Positions 24,156 through 36,796 of a DNA stretch of 64,000 nucleotides are shown here, in pieces. A model generated the notes under the pieces. The model was not told where the DNA came from. It ran no database searches and saw nothing but the letters and a program-made list of their open reading frames with translations. Position 1 is the stretch's first letter; each line of letters opens with the position of its first letter. The stretch lies in the NCBI GenBank assembly GCA_964188305.1, contig OZ076892.1; one strand, given 5' to 3'. The position numbers were made by a program, and so were the translations under genes. Origin of the DNA: Podarcis bocagei (lineage: Eukaryota).

Positions 24156-27100
24156 CTGCCTGAGACAAAGAACAATATGTCCCCACACCCCATTCAGCTC
24201 AATACTCGCAATGAGACAGTGATTTCTGCTCCTAGGGGAGAAGACTCAAGCAGGCCGTGTGATGCCCAACTCTGTCCTCCATCCAGGTCCAGCCCTGCCA
24301 TTAGGCGGAGTGAGGCAACAGCCTCAGGCAGCTCATTTTGGGGTGCCATGATTTGTGGTTGGTTTATTTTAAAAGAATTGTTGCATTTTTACCATCAGGG
24401 AGTGGGAGAGTTTCTTGTGGGTGATTGAATTTCATCTCAAGGTGTAAAATAACTTGGATACAACAGAAACGGAATGGGAGTGTGCCATTTGCTGCTCTGT
24501 CTCAGGCAGCAAAAAGTCTTGGGCAAGTCCTGCCTGTAAGACACAGTGGTTGGCTCATTGCTCCACCAGGCTGCTGCCCCCACCATCAGCATCTGCTGCC
24601 TGAAGCAGCTGCCTCCATCTGCCTAATGCTAGGAATGCAAACTTGCTGATTCCCCCCCCCCCCCCGCAGTGACAGCTACTAGATAATAGGGCCTGTTCTG
24701 TCTACATTGGGACACTTGAAGCAAAGTTTGGTTTCTTGCCCCATCTCTGGTGTCTGTGTTTCTTCACATTGGAAAAGTCATTTTTTCTCTCTCCAGCACT
24801 GCAGGGAGAATGCGGGCAATCTGTTTATTTTTGAAACCTTTTCCCCTGCATTCAAATCCCTGGACTGTGTGACTCTTGGCTATTTTTTCCTTTCTTCTTT
24901 TAAGCCAATGTGATTCAAAGGATAACTCTTTTTCCCTTCGCTTTCTGAATATGAATTACTTCTTTCAAAAATGACACTACTTGGCACAATCAAGCACATT
25001 TTTTAAAATAAAAAAATCATATAAAAATCACTACAGATCTTGGGCCAGCTTTCAAGAGTTTGCTCCTTTCCCGGCTTACATTAGATCTTTTGAGATGGAG
25101 GTAACTGGGCATTTTTATTTTCCAGTGACAAGAAATATTCTGCAATCAGATAGGCATATTTGGAATGAATGCTCCCTGTTTTTAATTGCAATACTTCTTA
25201 ACATCCTAATTAAGAACTGAGGCCTGCCACTGATTTAATGAGGAGGCAGCCATTTAGGGTTTTTTAAAAAAGTAAATTAAAGCAAATTTCTCTTGTGACA
25301 AGTCAATAAAACAATAGAAAAACATGGTGTCTTATTCTCCCCCCCAAAAATGTATCTCTTTTTCTCAAGCAGTCAACATCTGTTCCTTGTTTCAGTTGTA
25401 GATGTTAATGCTTGCTGCCCCATGACAGGTAAACTGTAGAGGGACCTGAAGACCGTGTCGCTTTTCATTAGTCGATCATTTCCAGTTCCCTAGGCCACCA
25501 GGGCTGTGGCTCATCAGACAAAGTTTTGCTGTGCCGTCGCCTCCAATATCTGCCAGGTGAGAACAGGCACACATGTTTTACATGATGTAAGACCAGCGCT
25601 TAATTTCTAAAACTGGAGTTACCTTGGCTGAAGACTGACCTGGTGCTGTCTCATGCCCTATTCAGTATTGGGAAATAAATTTATATAATGTTGTTTCTAA
25701 GTGTTGAGCAAAGGGATTTTATTTATTAAGTTTCTATTCTGCCCTTCATCTGAAGATCATTGGGCAGTTTACAATATAGAAACACAAAAATACATAGCAT
25801 AATAACCAACAACAACAACCACCACCACAATACCCTCACAGTATAAAAAGCCATAGATTGTTTAATTAGCCAAAAGCCTGGGAGAAGAGGAATATTGTTA
25901 TATTCAGCATTACACCAGTTAAAAACAACCATAATATCAGTAATGGCATGCAAGTAAAAATGTGATCGGAAAAGCAATCCTCACATTCTCTGCCTGAATA
26001 TTGTTTTGTATTTTGCAAATAGCAAAACTAGGGGCTCCGATGCTGCATTTAATTAACTGAAAATGTTGACAGCTCATTTGATAAGCTTTTTGAGCTGCAA
26101 ACGAAATTGGTTTCCCACTTCTCACTTGACTGGTGTCTAATGTGGTCTCCTTTAACCTATCAACTGTCCAGCTGCTGAAAGCACCTAAGCCAAAGTATCT
26201 TAACACATGGAACTAGTCTGGCTTCAGTTATCCATGCTTTTTATTTATTATTTTATTTACTACCCATTTTGTGTTCTCATATTGTGTTTTTTATGTTGTG
26301 AACTACCCCGTGATTTTAGGATGAAGGGTGGTATACAAATTAAATAAACAAACATTTTTAAGATGGTCTGGAATGTCCTCTTCCAGGAGGCTTGCCTGGT
26401 GCCTATACTGAGGCCACTCCAGTGTCTGGTAAAGACCCTTCTGTTTTTTCAGCTTTTTAAACTTAAACAAGATGAACCTGAAACAACAAGAAAAAGTTTT
26501 TGCACACAGTGCTCCTCTTCAGGGTTACAGCCAGCCATTGTGTCTTCCTAGAGAATCCTTTTCTTCCCTAGTTTTCTGCCTCCTCACTCCCACAGTCCAA
26601 GTTGCTTCCTCTCTCAGCATGCTCAGTTGTCTTTGGGCTGTTCTGTCCTTGAGAGTTTTTCTCTGCAGTTTTGTTGTTGTTGTTCTTGTGCCTGCAAACG
26701 TTGTGATACTCCCCTCTTGTCTGTGGATGGTGCCATTTTGGCTACACAAGGACCAGCACTCACTGAATTAAGTTTGCTATTGGTATACAAGAATGGCCTT
26801 AGTTTGATACTGTTCCTTGAGGTCATAGTTCTTATGCATTTGTTTTTGTTGCATGTTTTGTCTACGTTATGTTATTTTAACACGTGGAAACTGCTCTGGG
26901 AGTAATATTGAAGGATGGGAGGAATGGCTGGATAATAAAGCTGCCTTCCTCTGCAAGGCCATCAATATTGTCCACTCTATCAGTGTGTCCCCAGGGTTGC
27001 TTGAATTTGGGACCTTGTGCATGCAAAATAAGGGTTCCTCTGTTCCTTCAAAATAGAAGAAAGAATACAGCAAGATAAAAGCAAAAAGGAATAATATTGG

Positions 27101-27750
27101 TAATAGGGCTGTCATTATCACGGCGTAGCATCTTAGACAGCGCATCTGTGCTTTATGTGCATGTTCTATGATGAAGTATCATGGTCTCGGGAAAAATGAA
27201 ACTAGATTTAATTTTTTTAAAAAAACACACACAAAAATCTCAATGTGCCCAGCTCAAATTGCATTTAAACTGATGCAGAGGAACAAACTGTGATTTATTT
27301 ATTTTGATCTGTTTCTGGGGATTTATGAATGTCCGGGTGTGAGTATTGGTTTCCTGCTGTGTCAAGCCTTTGAGTGCAGATTTGCTTTCTGTGGGAAATG
27401 CTTGCATAATAGAAAAGAGATGAAGGGGAGAAAAATCTGTTAGGAAAGTCAGAGGAGGTGGAGGCAATTTTAGCCAGGGCACTGTTCTTAGAACAGGAGG
27501 GCTGCTATTTCACCTTTTGGAGTGAGCTCTTTTCTTTGAAGGGCCGCTGTATGGTTGCTAGCGCAGGTGTACAAATTCCAAATGCCTTCAAGCCATTTCC
27601 AAAAATAAGTAAAGAGCTCTTCAGAATAATAATGAGGACTTGGGCTTAAATATAGGAAGGTCAGTGCACATTTTCATGTGGTAAAACAGACCTGTGAAAA
27701 TTACAAGTTTGTAACAGTAAAAACTTTGGAAAGTTCTGTAAAATAAGATT

Positions 27751-27751
<1 letters not shown>

Positions 27752-27801
<50 letters not shown>
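27752..27801. repeat. (GT)n microsatellite
   Basis: Read directly from the sequence. Confidence 0.95.
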
Positions 27802-27802
<1 letters not shown>

Positions 27803-30778
27803 GCCCTAGGAAGGCCAGTATACAAAAATCGATTTCTGGGTACTTACCGCAAAAAAATATATATAAAAAAATCTGTGAACCATTTAGTTTCTGATAAAGG
27901 AGTTTGGGATAACCAAGTTCTGAATGATAGTAGGGTACCAGGTTTTTGCAGTGGTATTTGTGTGTGCATTATTCAATACGCATATTTATATACAGAGGGG
28001 GTTAGATACCCCTGTGAGACAATTCAGCTTGAAGTATCGCTGCCTTTAAAGATAAATAAGGATTGAGTCAATTTCGATGACCTGGGATCCTATCCAAAGA
28101 CAACTGGCGCCAAGAAGTGCTTTTGCGCTGACTTCAGTGGATGTTGGATTGGGCCCCAAGGCTTACATCGTCATTACCACCGCCAGTAAGTGGGCTCTAC
28201 AGTAATACAGCGGATTGTATGTCGGAGACGATTCGCTGAGCCATCTTTTTCAGAGAGCTGTTTCCTGAGCAAGGCTTGACTCCCAACTGTCTGTGTTCAA
28301 TGCAAAAAAGAAAACAGAGAGACTGCAGCAACAGTGGCTGAGGATTACGGCAGCAGCTAGACATAGGATCCTTGAGATATGTCATGCTATAAGGTTATAT
28401 CATTTGATCACCTAATCTATCTTGTAAGAACATTCAGGCTTTTGAGTTTCACAGAGCTATTCTCCTGGTAAATAAAACAACCACCAGCATGTTGTTGTTT
28501 TAACAGAGAATGGTGCAGTGGCAGGTGTAGGTTTACTAGGGTTGACCTTTTGAAGCCTGCTGCAAGTCTGCAGTAACCTTGTACATGAGTGGGCAATCAT
28601 GGTATTCAGCGCGCAATGCTGAGAAACTCAAGTGCTCGTTTTTGAGTCTAGGTTTCTAGTCCATCTGAACATTGGGATTCCATTGGACACAGGGCTCAAG
28701 GTGGATTCTTGTTCATCCCCAAGTTACGCTGTAGGTAAGGTATTCCAGAAATTGCCCATTACATTAGTCTAGCCTTGAAGGTTCCACAGACACGAACAAC
28801 AGGCTGAGATCCAAAGGGTCACATGTATTGTTCTGCACATGCAGTGGGGCTTCTCTAGCTCCTCCATTGCTTGTCAGGTCCTTGCCATTCCTGTGATTGG
28901 GAACCTCTCTGGATCAGGGTTGCAAAATCGTGGCATGCACAAATGGTTACCCTTCCTGCATGAACATGGAAGTGCTTTCTGCTTGCACATGAGGGCTCTT
29001 TGGATCACAGCTGTAACATTCAGGTTCACACACTGGAAAAGTGTGTGTTTTGATTTGGTTGCAAGGAAAACCAAAATTACAAAATAGGGTAAGTGTAATT
29101 TTCTAGGGCAAGCTTCATCCTTATCTCCATGGCCATTTTTCAAGTGCTGGTAGTCTATGAGTCGAATGTACTCTACTTCCTCCACCCTGGGTTCATTTGC
29201 ATTCTCAAGAGATCATGCATTACCTTAGACAGGCTTTTGTTCTGTAAAATATCTGGCCAGCTTTGCCTCTGCACACATACCCTTGCCTACTTTAGGCTAA
29301 GATGCCAAAAATGTGACCTACTGACAATGTGAAGAACTTGTCACGGAGGGAACAATGAGAAAAATAACCTGATTGTGTCTGAAGAACTAAATAATTTGGC
29401 TACGAAGTTAACCCAAATAAGCTTAATTTGCCACTGCTGTTTGGGGTTTGCAGACCTTCAAAATAAAAAGGTCGCAGAAGTGATTTTGGAAGAGGCTGTT
29501 TCTTTACATATTTCTCAGCCACAGCCTCTGTAATGTCTTGCTGCTGTTCATAGCTTTGCAAAACAAATGGGATGTAATTATCTTGGAAAGTGAGAGAGTA
29601 GTGGCAGAACTGCCTGTAAGGTGCTATGTCAGAGTGGTTGCTGTAGCTGCAAAAATTGAAAAAGATCTGATGGCCATCAACTTGGATGACTTTAAAAGAT
29701 GATTAGGCAGATTCAGGAAAGGTAAGGATACCTGTGGCTTCTAGTCATTGTGGCTATGTTCACCCTCCACTGTCAGAGGCAGTATGTTGGAAATCACAAG
29801 TGGTGTGAGTGCTGTTGTGCTCAGGTTCTGTTTTCAAGCTGCTCGTGAGCATCTGATTAGCCAGTGTGAGAACATGATGCTGGGTTATATGGGTCCTTGG
29901 TCTTTGACAGTGCCAGGTGATTCTAGATTACTGTGTCAGTACCATGTGGTCCTACCTTCCATAGACAGATGGCCAGAACAGCAGTAATCACAACTCGTTG
30001 CTAATGGTGCTGAATAGAGGGAGTCAAGGCTATTTCTTAGCAAAAGGCTATTGATGGAGAAGTTTGGCATCTGTTCTCTTGTCTGTGGTGCCCACACAGA
30101 CTTGGGCTGACACTGAATTTCTGCATCAATGTTCTTTCCATAACATTCCTAGCAGCGCAGAGCCACACAGTTCACATAACTAGGTGCATGAGGCCAACAC
30201 TTAGTGATCATGGAATCACAGATGTCAGTACCAGAATGGGACTAGAGGGCAATGCTATCTTCTGTTGAGAATGGTTTTGTTTTGTTTTTTTAATAAAAAA
30301 GTAAGGTTTTGGAACTCCACCCTGATGACGATAACAACTTTTTCCGTACGTTCTCCAATATCCCATAGAGGTGCTTTGTTTCCTCTCTTGGTTTGCACTT
30401 TCCAAATGTTACAAGGTTACACTGTAAAGTGGCATTGCCAGCAAACAAGGTTATATACGTCTTTGCTGCCATTGCAAGCACATAAGTCAAAGTCATTAAT
30501 GGTTGCTTAGTTTGTGCTATTCTCACCTCTGGGCCAGAATGTCAGAGTTCCCTATGCTCTGACAGGGCTTGGGATCATACCAACTCTGACACTGCAATGC
30601 AGTGCAGGCAAGGAGGATAGTGAGCCAAAATGTTGGTCAAAACACTCCATCACTGATACCTACTACCTGAATTAGTTCTTGTGTTTCAGGCACTTTCCCA
30701 TAACAGAATAGAACACGGCTAATCCTTGGGTTGGAGAACTGATCTGGCCAAGGCCCCATAAATTTTAGAGATTGTGGC

Positions 30779-30824
<46 letters not shown>
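30779..30824. repeat. (AAT)n microsatellite
   Basis: Read directly from the sequence. Confidence 0.95.
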
Positions 30825-30825
<1 letters not shown>

Positions 30826-31356
30826 ATATTGATGATGATGATGTAGTCCTAATAGAGATGCAAACTGCGCCATTCCCATTTATCAGACTGATTTTATGCA
30901 GGGAGCAGGGATCAGTTCACTTGATGGTCAATGAATCAGCTGAGGAGAGGGAGCTGGGTGTGTATGCGCGTTCATGCGCATATAAGAATATGGGTTGGCC
31001 ACACATTCCACTGGGATGGAGCCCCTGGAGTGTTAACCAAAAATGAATGCAGGCCAAAAAAGGAAATCCACCCCTAAAGTAGAATAAGAAAATGTGTGTT
31101 AGGCTTTCGGGTAACAAACACCTTTCCTTCCGTTGCCTATCTCCCTCCAGCTCATATGCTGCGTTCTCTCCAGCCCACCCCAGTCGCTCTGTCTTTCTAG
31201 CTGTCGTCATCTGGTGTTCCCAGTGGATAGACTTGAATGACAGAATTGGGATTACACCTCAGCTGTGGTTTCTTTCTATGACTTTTGGCACAGTGCAAGC
31301 AGTTCTTTCTCTGCGAAATGAGATTAATCATGCTCTGCCTCAAGTATAAGGATGGG

Positions 31357-31527
31357 CAGTGCTTTTTTCTGGGGGTACGCAGGGGTACGCATACCCTTAA
31401 ACATTTTGTGAATCTTTGTACTTTTGTCCATTTACTGTATTTATTTTTCCCAATTTGAGCTATAAAATGGTGATTTTCTTAAGTCAAAATGAGAGCCCTA
31501 AACATTTTTTAAAGAAAAAAATCACTG
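31357..31527. mobile_element. Small TIR element (hAT-like MITE) nested in the end of an older repeat
   Basis: TIRs CAGTGCTTTTTTCT / AGAAAAAAATCACTG. Degenerate 8-bp flanks AGGATGGG / GGGGTGGA. Confidence 0.65.
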
Positions 31528-32591
31528 GGGGTGGACATATCTGTAAATATTAGTTTCTCACAGTTTCTAATTTTTCCAGTCTTGAGTTTGCATTTTTTAA
31601 GCCTTCCCAAGTATTTCATAGCATTTTAGTGCACAGTTCTCCTAATATATGCAATTATTCCTAATACATACATTGTTGCAAGTATTTTTTCTGAACATCA
31701 TTTCCACAAATATATGCATCTTTATCCACACTTTTCTCTAATCTACACATTTTTGTACACAATTGTTGGTTGGAGAGCTGTGTATCTCAAGATTTGTTGC
31801 AATGCAGATTTCAGAGAATAGGTGCATTTTGTTTCAGAACACATTTTTTCAGGAAGTGCATACCAGGTAGGTTTGCATTAAAATCAAGCCAAAGCAAATT
31901 TCTCCATCATCCCTACATGAGAAAGGACTTTATGAAGTGGGCCAAGACACCATTCCTCTGCTCACCTCCCACATGTCTTGCTAAAGGCAGTTGGCAATTG
32001 AGAGGTTGTATTAATAATGGTGAAATACTGCTCTGTATTCTAAAACCATGATATAGTTGAGTGGTTGTTCAAGTCTAGGTCTAGAAACCCAAAATGACTG
32101 TGTTGTATGCCTCACTGTTAATGGTCACTTCTACATCAAATATCTGATTTGTTGCGATAATAACCGTTTTCCCTCCTGACATTCAGGACTGTGTCTTTTG
32201 CATCTTTCAAAGCAAAGGAGTGATACAAAAAATACTTTTCCATTGGTTATTTTCTGATTCAGGGATAATTTAAGGGTATAAAAATGTTGAAACTAGAACT
32301 GAAATTTTACCTAGTTTGTGTTAATGCTTTGTAATAAATCTCCTGGTTCTCTTTAAGACACCGCAGTGTGCAATTTATTATAAAACTGCACTTACTGTAT
32401 TTTATGTCTTACTGTAATTGGTTGTTTCATCCGATTCAGATTATATTCATGTATAATAGGAACGGGCTCCAGATAGGAATGAAGAATGATCAAATGAGAA
32501 AGTTTTTGGAAATTAAGATCCTAAACATCCATAGCAGATATATGTTATGATAGTTAGAAATAGATCCGAAAAGGCTTATGCAGTGTGCTTT

Positions 32592-32698
32592 AATCAAATC
32601 TTGAAAACAAATTGACTGATAAATCAAATCCTGAAAAGAAATTGACCAATAAATCAAATCTGAAAATCAAAGTGACAGATAAATCAAGTCTAAAAAGG
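32592..32698. repeat. 30-bp minisatellite, ~3.5 copies
   Basis: Units start at 32592, 32622, 32652 and 32682; approximate consensus AATCAAATC(T/C)TGAAAA.AAATTGAC.GATA. Confidence 0.85.
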
Positions 32699-35600
32699 AA
32701 AACGGGTAATATATCACGGTCATGATATGTTTATTAAAATAAGAAACTGCTTTGTACGTGGCTCTGTTTCTGCTTCCAACAATCATGTTAATTAAGTGGT
32801 TGAAGTTTTTTGGAAACAAATTACATGGATACATACTGATAAATGTGCATTCTAAATAAGTACATGGGCATCATTCAGGGACCCTGGGTGCAAACCTAAA
32901 CATTTTCTTACTCAGTTGCTATCCTGCCCTTTGTGAACCCCTAGGGCAGACCACATTCCAAAAATAAAACATACACAATACAATATGCCTCCATTAAACA
33001 ATATTAAGCATTTTATTAAATAAGCAAAATTCGCAACCTATATTACTCCATCTATTCCTATTTTTTTAAAATTACTCATTACAACTGATCTTTGCCTCAA
33101 CTATCCTTCCCATTCCAAAAATGAACAAAGAAAATACATTTTTAACTGGTGCATAAAGTAAAGAAGGTGGGTTTTCATACTTTGAATTGCACTGCTGGTA
33201 TCTGTGCTGGAGAATCAGTGTGCTGTAGTGGTTAAAGTGTTGGACTAAGACTGGTGAGGCCTGGGTTCAAATCTCTTCCCTTAGCAGTGAAGCTCCAGAA
33301 TGACGTTTGGCCGGTCACTCTCTCATAGCTTAAACTACCATAAAAAGCCTAAATGAATCCCAGAAGGATGAGTTAAGTGCATATCGTGGGACTCTTGGAT
33401 AGCATACTTTTTCCCCTTTAAAACCAACCAAATCTGCTAAATAAACTTATTTAAATGAATAATGCCCACTTGTGTCCCTCCCTTTCTTTTTTGTTTTGAG
33501 TAACTGTGTCAGTTTCTGTGGTGTTGTTTACAGACAGGAACCCCTCCCTTTTTTGAACCATTATCTGTAAATCAAGCAATTATGTGGTCCTCTTAGTTAT
33601 GTAAATTTAACTGGTAATTTCTAAGAAAACCAGCACTGATAGGGAAGGGCAGTAGTAACCAGAGGCGATTCTAAGAACACAGCTGAGATAAGAGCACCTC
33701 TGGATGTGCACCAGCCACAAGGTTCAAATGGTATCTGTATGTGTGACTTTAGGAAGCAGCCCAATCGGTTTCAGAGCCAGTTTGTGTCTTTCTAATTTGG
33801 TACATTACTCAGGACCAAATGAGGTATTCCAACAATGAAGCTCTGCACCTCTGCCTTCACTACAGTGGGGAATCACTTACCCATTTCGCCTTTTCACAGA
33901 AGTGGGTGCAATTCTAAGGCATAGCAACCCCTCCGGAATGGATTAAGCCTGTCAAATTGTAGGCAGCCCAGGTCACAGAGCTACTTGGAAGCTTAGGAAG
34001 CCCTTATGTGACTTGAGATGTGCTTGATCCAACTCAGAAACATGAGAACCTTTCTTGAACCCCCGCTGATTCGCACAATAATTCAGGGTACATGCAAAGG
34101 GACACACACACACACCCTGGTAATTTGCTCATAACAGCACTGGCCATGACATATACCCTTTCATAGCCCTGGTGCTCCTGGAATATATATTTCCTTCATT
34201 TAGATTGCAATATCTGGATGGCAGAATTTCCCACTTCAGCTATAAAGTGGATACATAGATGGCACTGTATAAATGATATATATATTTAAAGGCTCGCTTT
34301 TTAAAAGCTCAGTATCGCTATTCCGGGGTTTGCTCTACAAGGCTGCTGATTTCCCTGGTATAACTGATTAAGACTTAAATCTGTGAATGCATCCACTCAG
34401 TGCACACAGTTTACCCCCTGAATATGACTGGAGTCATGCCTTTGTGATTTCACCCCTTGCAAAAACTGCCTTAAACCAGGTCAGGCTGTGTCCATATAGC
34501 CCTGGACCACCTGGCAGGATCTTTGGAAGAAGTTGTCTTACCCATCACCTGCTTCCTGATTTCCTTTCAACCACAGATTTGACTTGAGAGCTATCTGGTT
34601 GTTGTGCTTGCTGCCTGAAGCTGAAACCCTTCCCCACACCTGGAATGTACAGCACAGTGAAATGAATGAGTCTTTTCAAAGAGAGGTTCCCCTTGAATTA
34701 GCCTCCTCTCCCAGTTTCCTTAAGGAAACATCACTGTGTCCCTTAAAAGCTGCCACAATTTTTGTTTTCTGGTTCTATGTGCTGGGACGTTCTTCTGACT
34801 CATTCACTGAACCTTGATCGGCAGTTGTGGTGGAAAACGTGTTTTCAAGACGAAGCTTGTGAGAAAGGGGGGGGGGGAGGCAAGGAAAGAAAAAGAAGCC
34901 CCACAATGGGGGAAAGTCTTCCTTTGCCTCGCTGACTTTGATTTACACCCGTGTTAGAGTGCTATGACATTTAAAAGAAGAAGACCTAAATTGTCCTATA
35001 ATAATGTGGGCATGACCGTTCATGGAGGGTGGCAGAGCTCTTCTGTCACCGCACCAAATGAAAATCTAGTTTTTTAGTGCCAATCAGTTCGGCATCGTTA
35101 ACCCTTTGAGAATGTTATTAGCATTTTCAGTCAGTTCTTCATCATGGAATGAATGTGTTTCTCTCTCCCCCCACCCCCCTGCTGTCACTGGCAGTAGAGA
35201 ATCTGAGGCACTAGCAAGCTGGGATTTTAAAACATTACTTCTCAGTCATGTAGCTTTGTTTGGTCACAGGATGCACCTCATTTATATAAAGAATAAAGAA
35301 GGGCTGGTAAAATTAAGAGGGAGGGTTTCTTAAAAGATCCCTGTCAGTACGGGCACCACAATACTCAAAAGTGTTCCTCGAACAATATAAGCTATACAGT
35401 GTTTGGGGGAAGTCGCAGCCTTTCGGTTCATAGTTTTGCAAATAAGTCCCATGCCACTTTACACATATGTTTTCTTGGTTGACACTGTTGACATCGACCA
35501 CTTTAGCTCCTCTCCGTCTTCAGGGCAGCAGCTGCAAATTTGGCGACTCTGTGCGATATCCTACTCTTGATTGGATAGAGAGGCACAGTGATAGCCAGAC

Positions 35601-36581
35601 CATTGGCGTTCAACATGCCTTATAGCAAATAATATTTATTATATCTAGGAATGTTGCAGTCTTGGAATGGGACAGTAAATTATTTTTTAAAATATTTATT
35701 TATTCATTGATTCAGTGGAGACAAGATGGCACCCTGTGGCACCAACTATCAGGGAGTCAAGGGATAATCACCCAGTACAGTTCTCTGAAACAAGCCCCAG
35801 AAGTAGATTCAGAACCACTGTAAACCAGTGATTCCAGTGTCCATCTCACAGTCTCTGTTCAGGAGGATACCATGGTGAATGTTAGGAGAAGCGGTTGGGA
35901 GATTAAGTAAGAATAAGCAGGATCACACACACCCTGTCCTCCCAATAAATAGGATGATGAAGGCCACTTCAGGCTCCTAACGAGACCTGAGCCCAGATTG
36001 AAATGTGTCAAGATAATCCATTTCATCCAAGAGTACTCTCTTGATCACCTTCTACAAAAAGGAGGTAACTGAGACCTGTTGGTGGTTGTCAGAAACCAAT
36101 GGATAGGTTTTTGAAGGAGTGGTTGAGTCATTGCCTCTTTCATAAACGTTCTGTGATGCTTGCCAAGGCACCCTGCCAATCACATTTTTAAAAATTAAAA
36201 AAATATATTATTGGCTATTGTTTGATTGTGAGGGTTGCCTATCTTTCTCACTGTGTTTTATTTGCTTTTGGAGGTATATAAGTTTGGCCTCGGTTATTTT
36301 TAGGGAGGGTTTGGCATCACCAGCTTTTCTTCAGCAAAATTGTATTTTTGAGGTGCTTACTATAGTTCCTCTGACCTCCAAATATGCCCTGGGCCCACAA
36401 AGGTTGGGAACTCTAATCAAAGCAAAAACGTAAAAAATTCAAATTCTATGATTCTATAGTATTTATAATTGTCTGGTAGCTGTGCTGGATGAGGCTGTTC
36501 ACCATAAGCCTGAGTTTCATTCATAGTAGTCCTAGTTTCTTATTGCATCATAATGCAGCCAGTAGGCTTAAAAAGAGAGTA

Positions 36582-36796
36582 CAATGGTACCTCTGGTTAT
36601 GAACTTAATTCGTTCTGGAGGTCTGTTCTTAACCTGAAACTGTTCTTAACCTGAGGTACTACTTTAGCCAATGGGGCCTCCCACTGCCGCCGCACAATTT
36701 CTGTTCTCATCCTGAAGCAAAGTTCTTAACCCGTGGTACTACTTCCGGGTTAGCGGAGTCTGTAACCCGAGGTGTTTGTAACCTGAGGTACCACTG
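36582..36796. mobile_element. Tigger/pogo-like MITE
   Basis: TA|CAATGGTACCTC ... GAGGTACCACTG|TA, with internal repeats of TAACCTGAGGTAC. Confidence 0.85.

Noticed and set aside
27749-28066. ORFs with VCVC, poly-I/poly-L, IYIY or THTH runs (also at 12448, 13444, 30637, 30774, 54931)
   Set aside because: They are translations of microsatellites.
34020-34040. Partial resemblance to miR-218 (TGTGCTTGATC)
   Set aside because: The match stops after about 11 nt and no precursor hairpin is evident.
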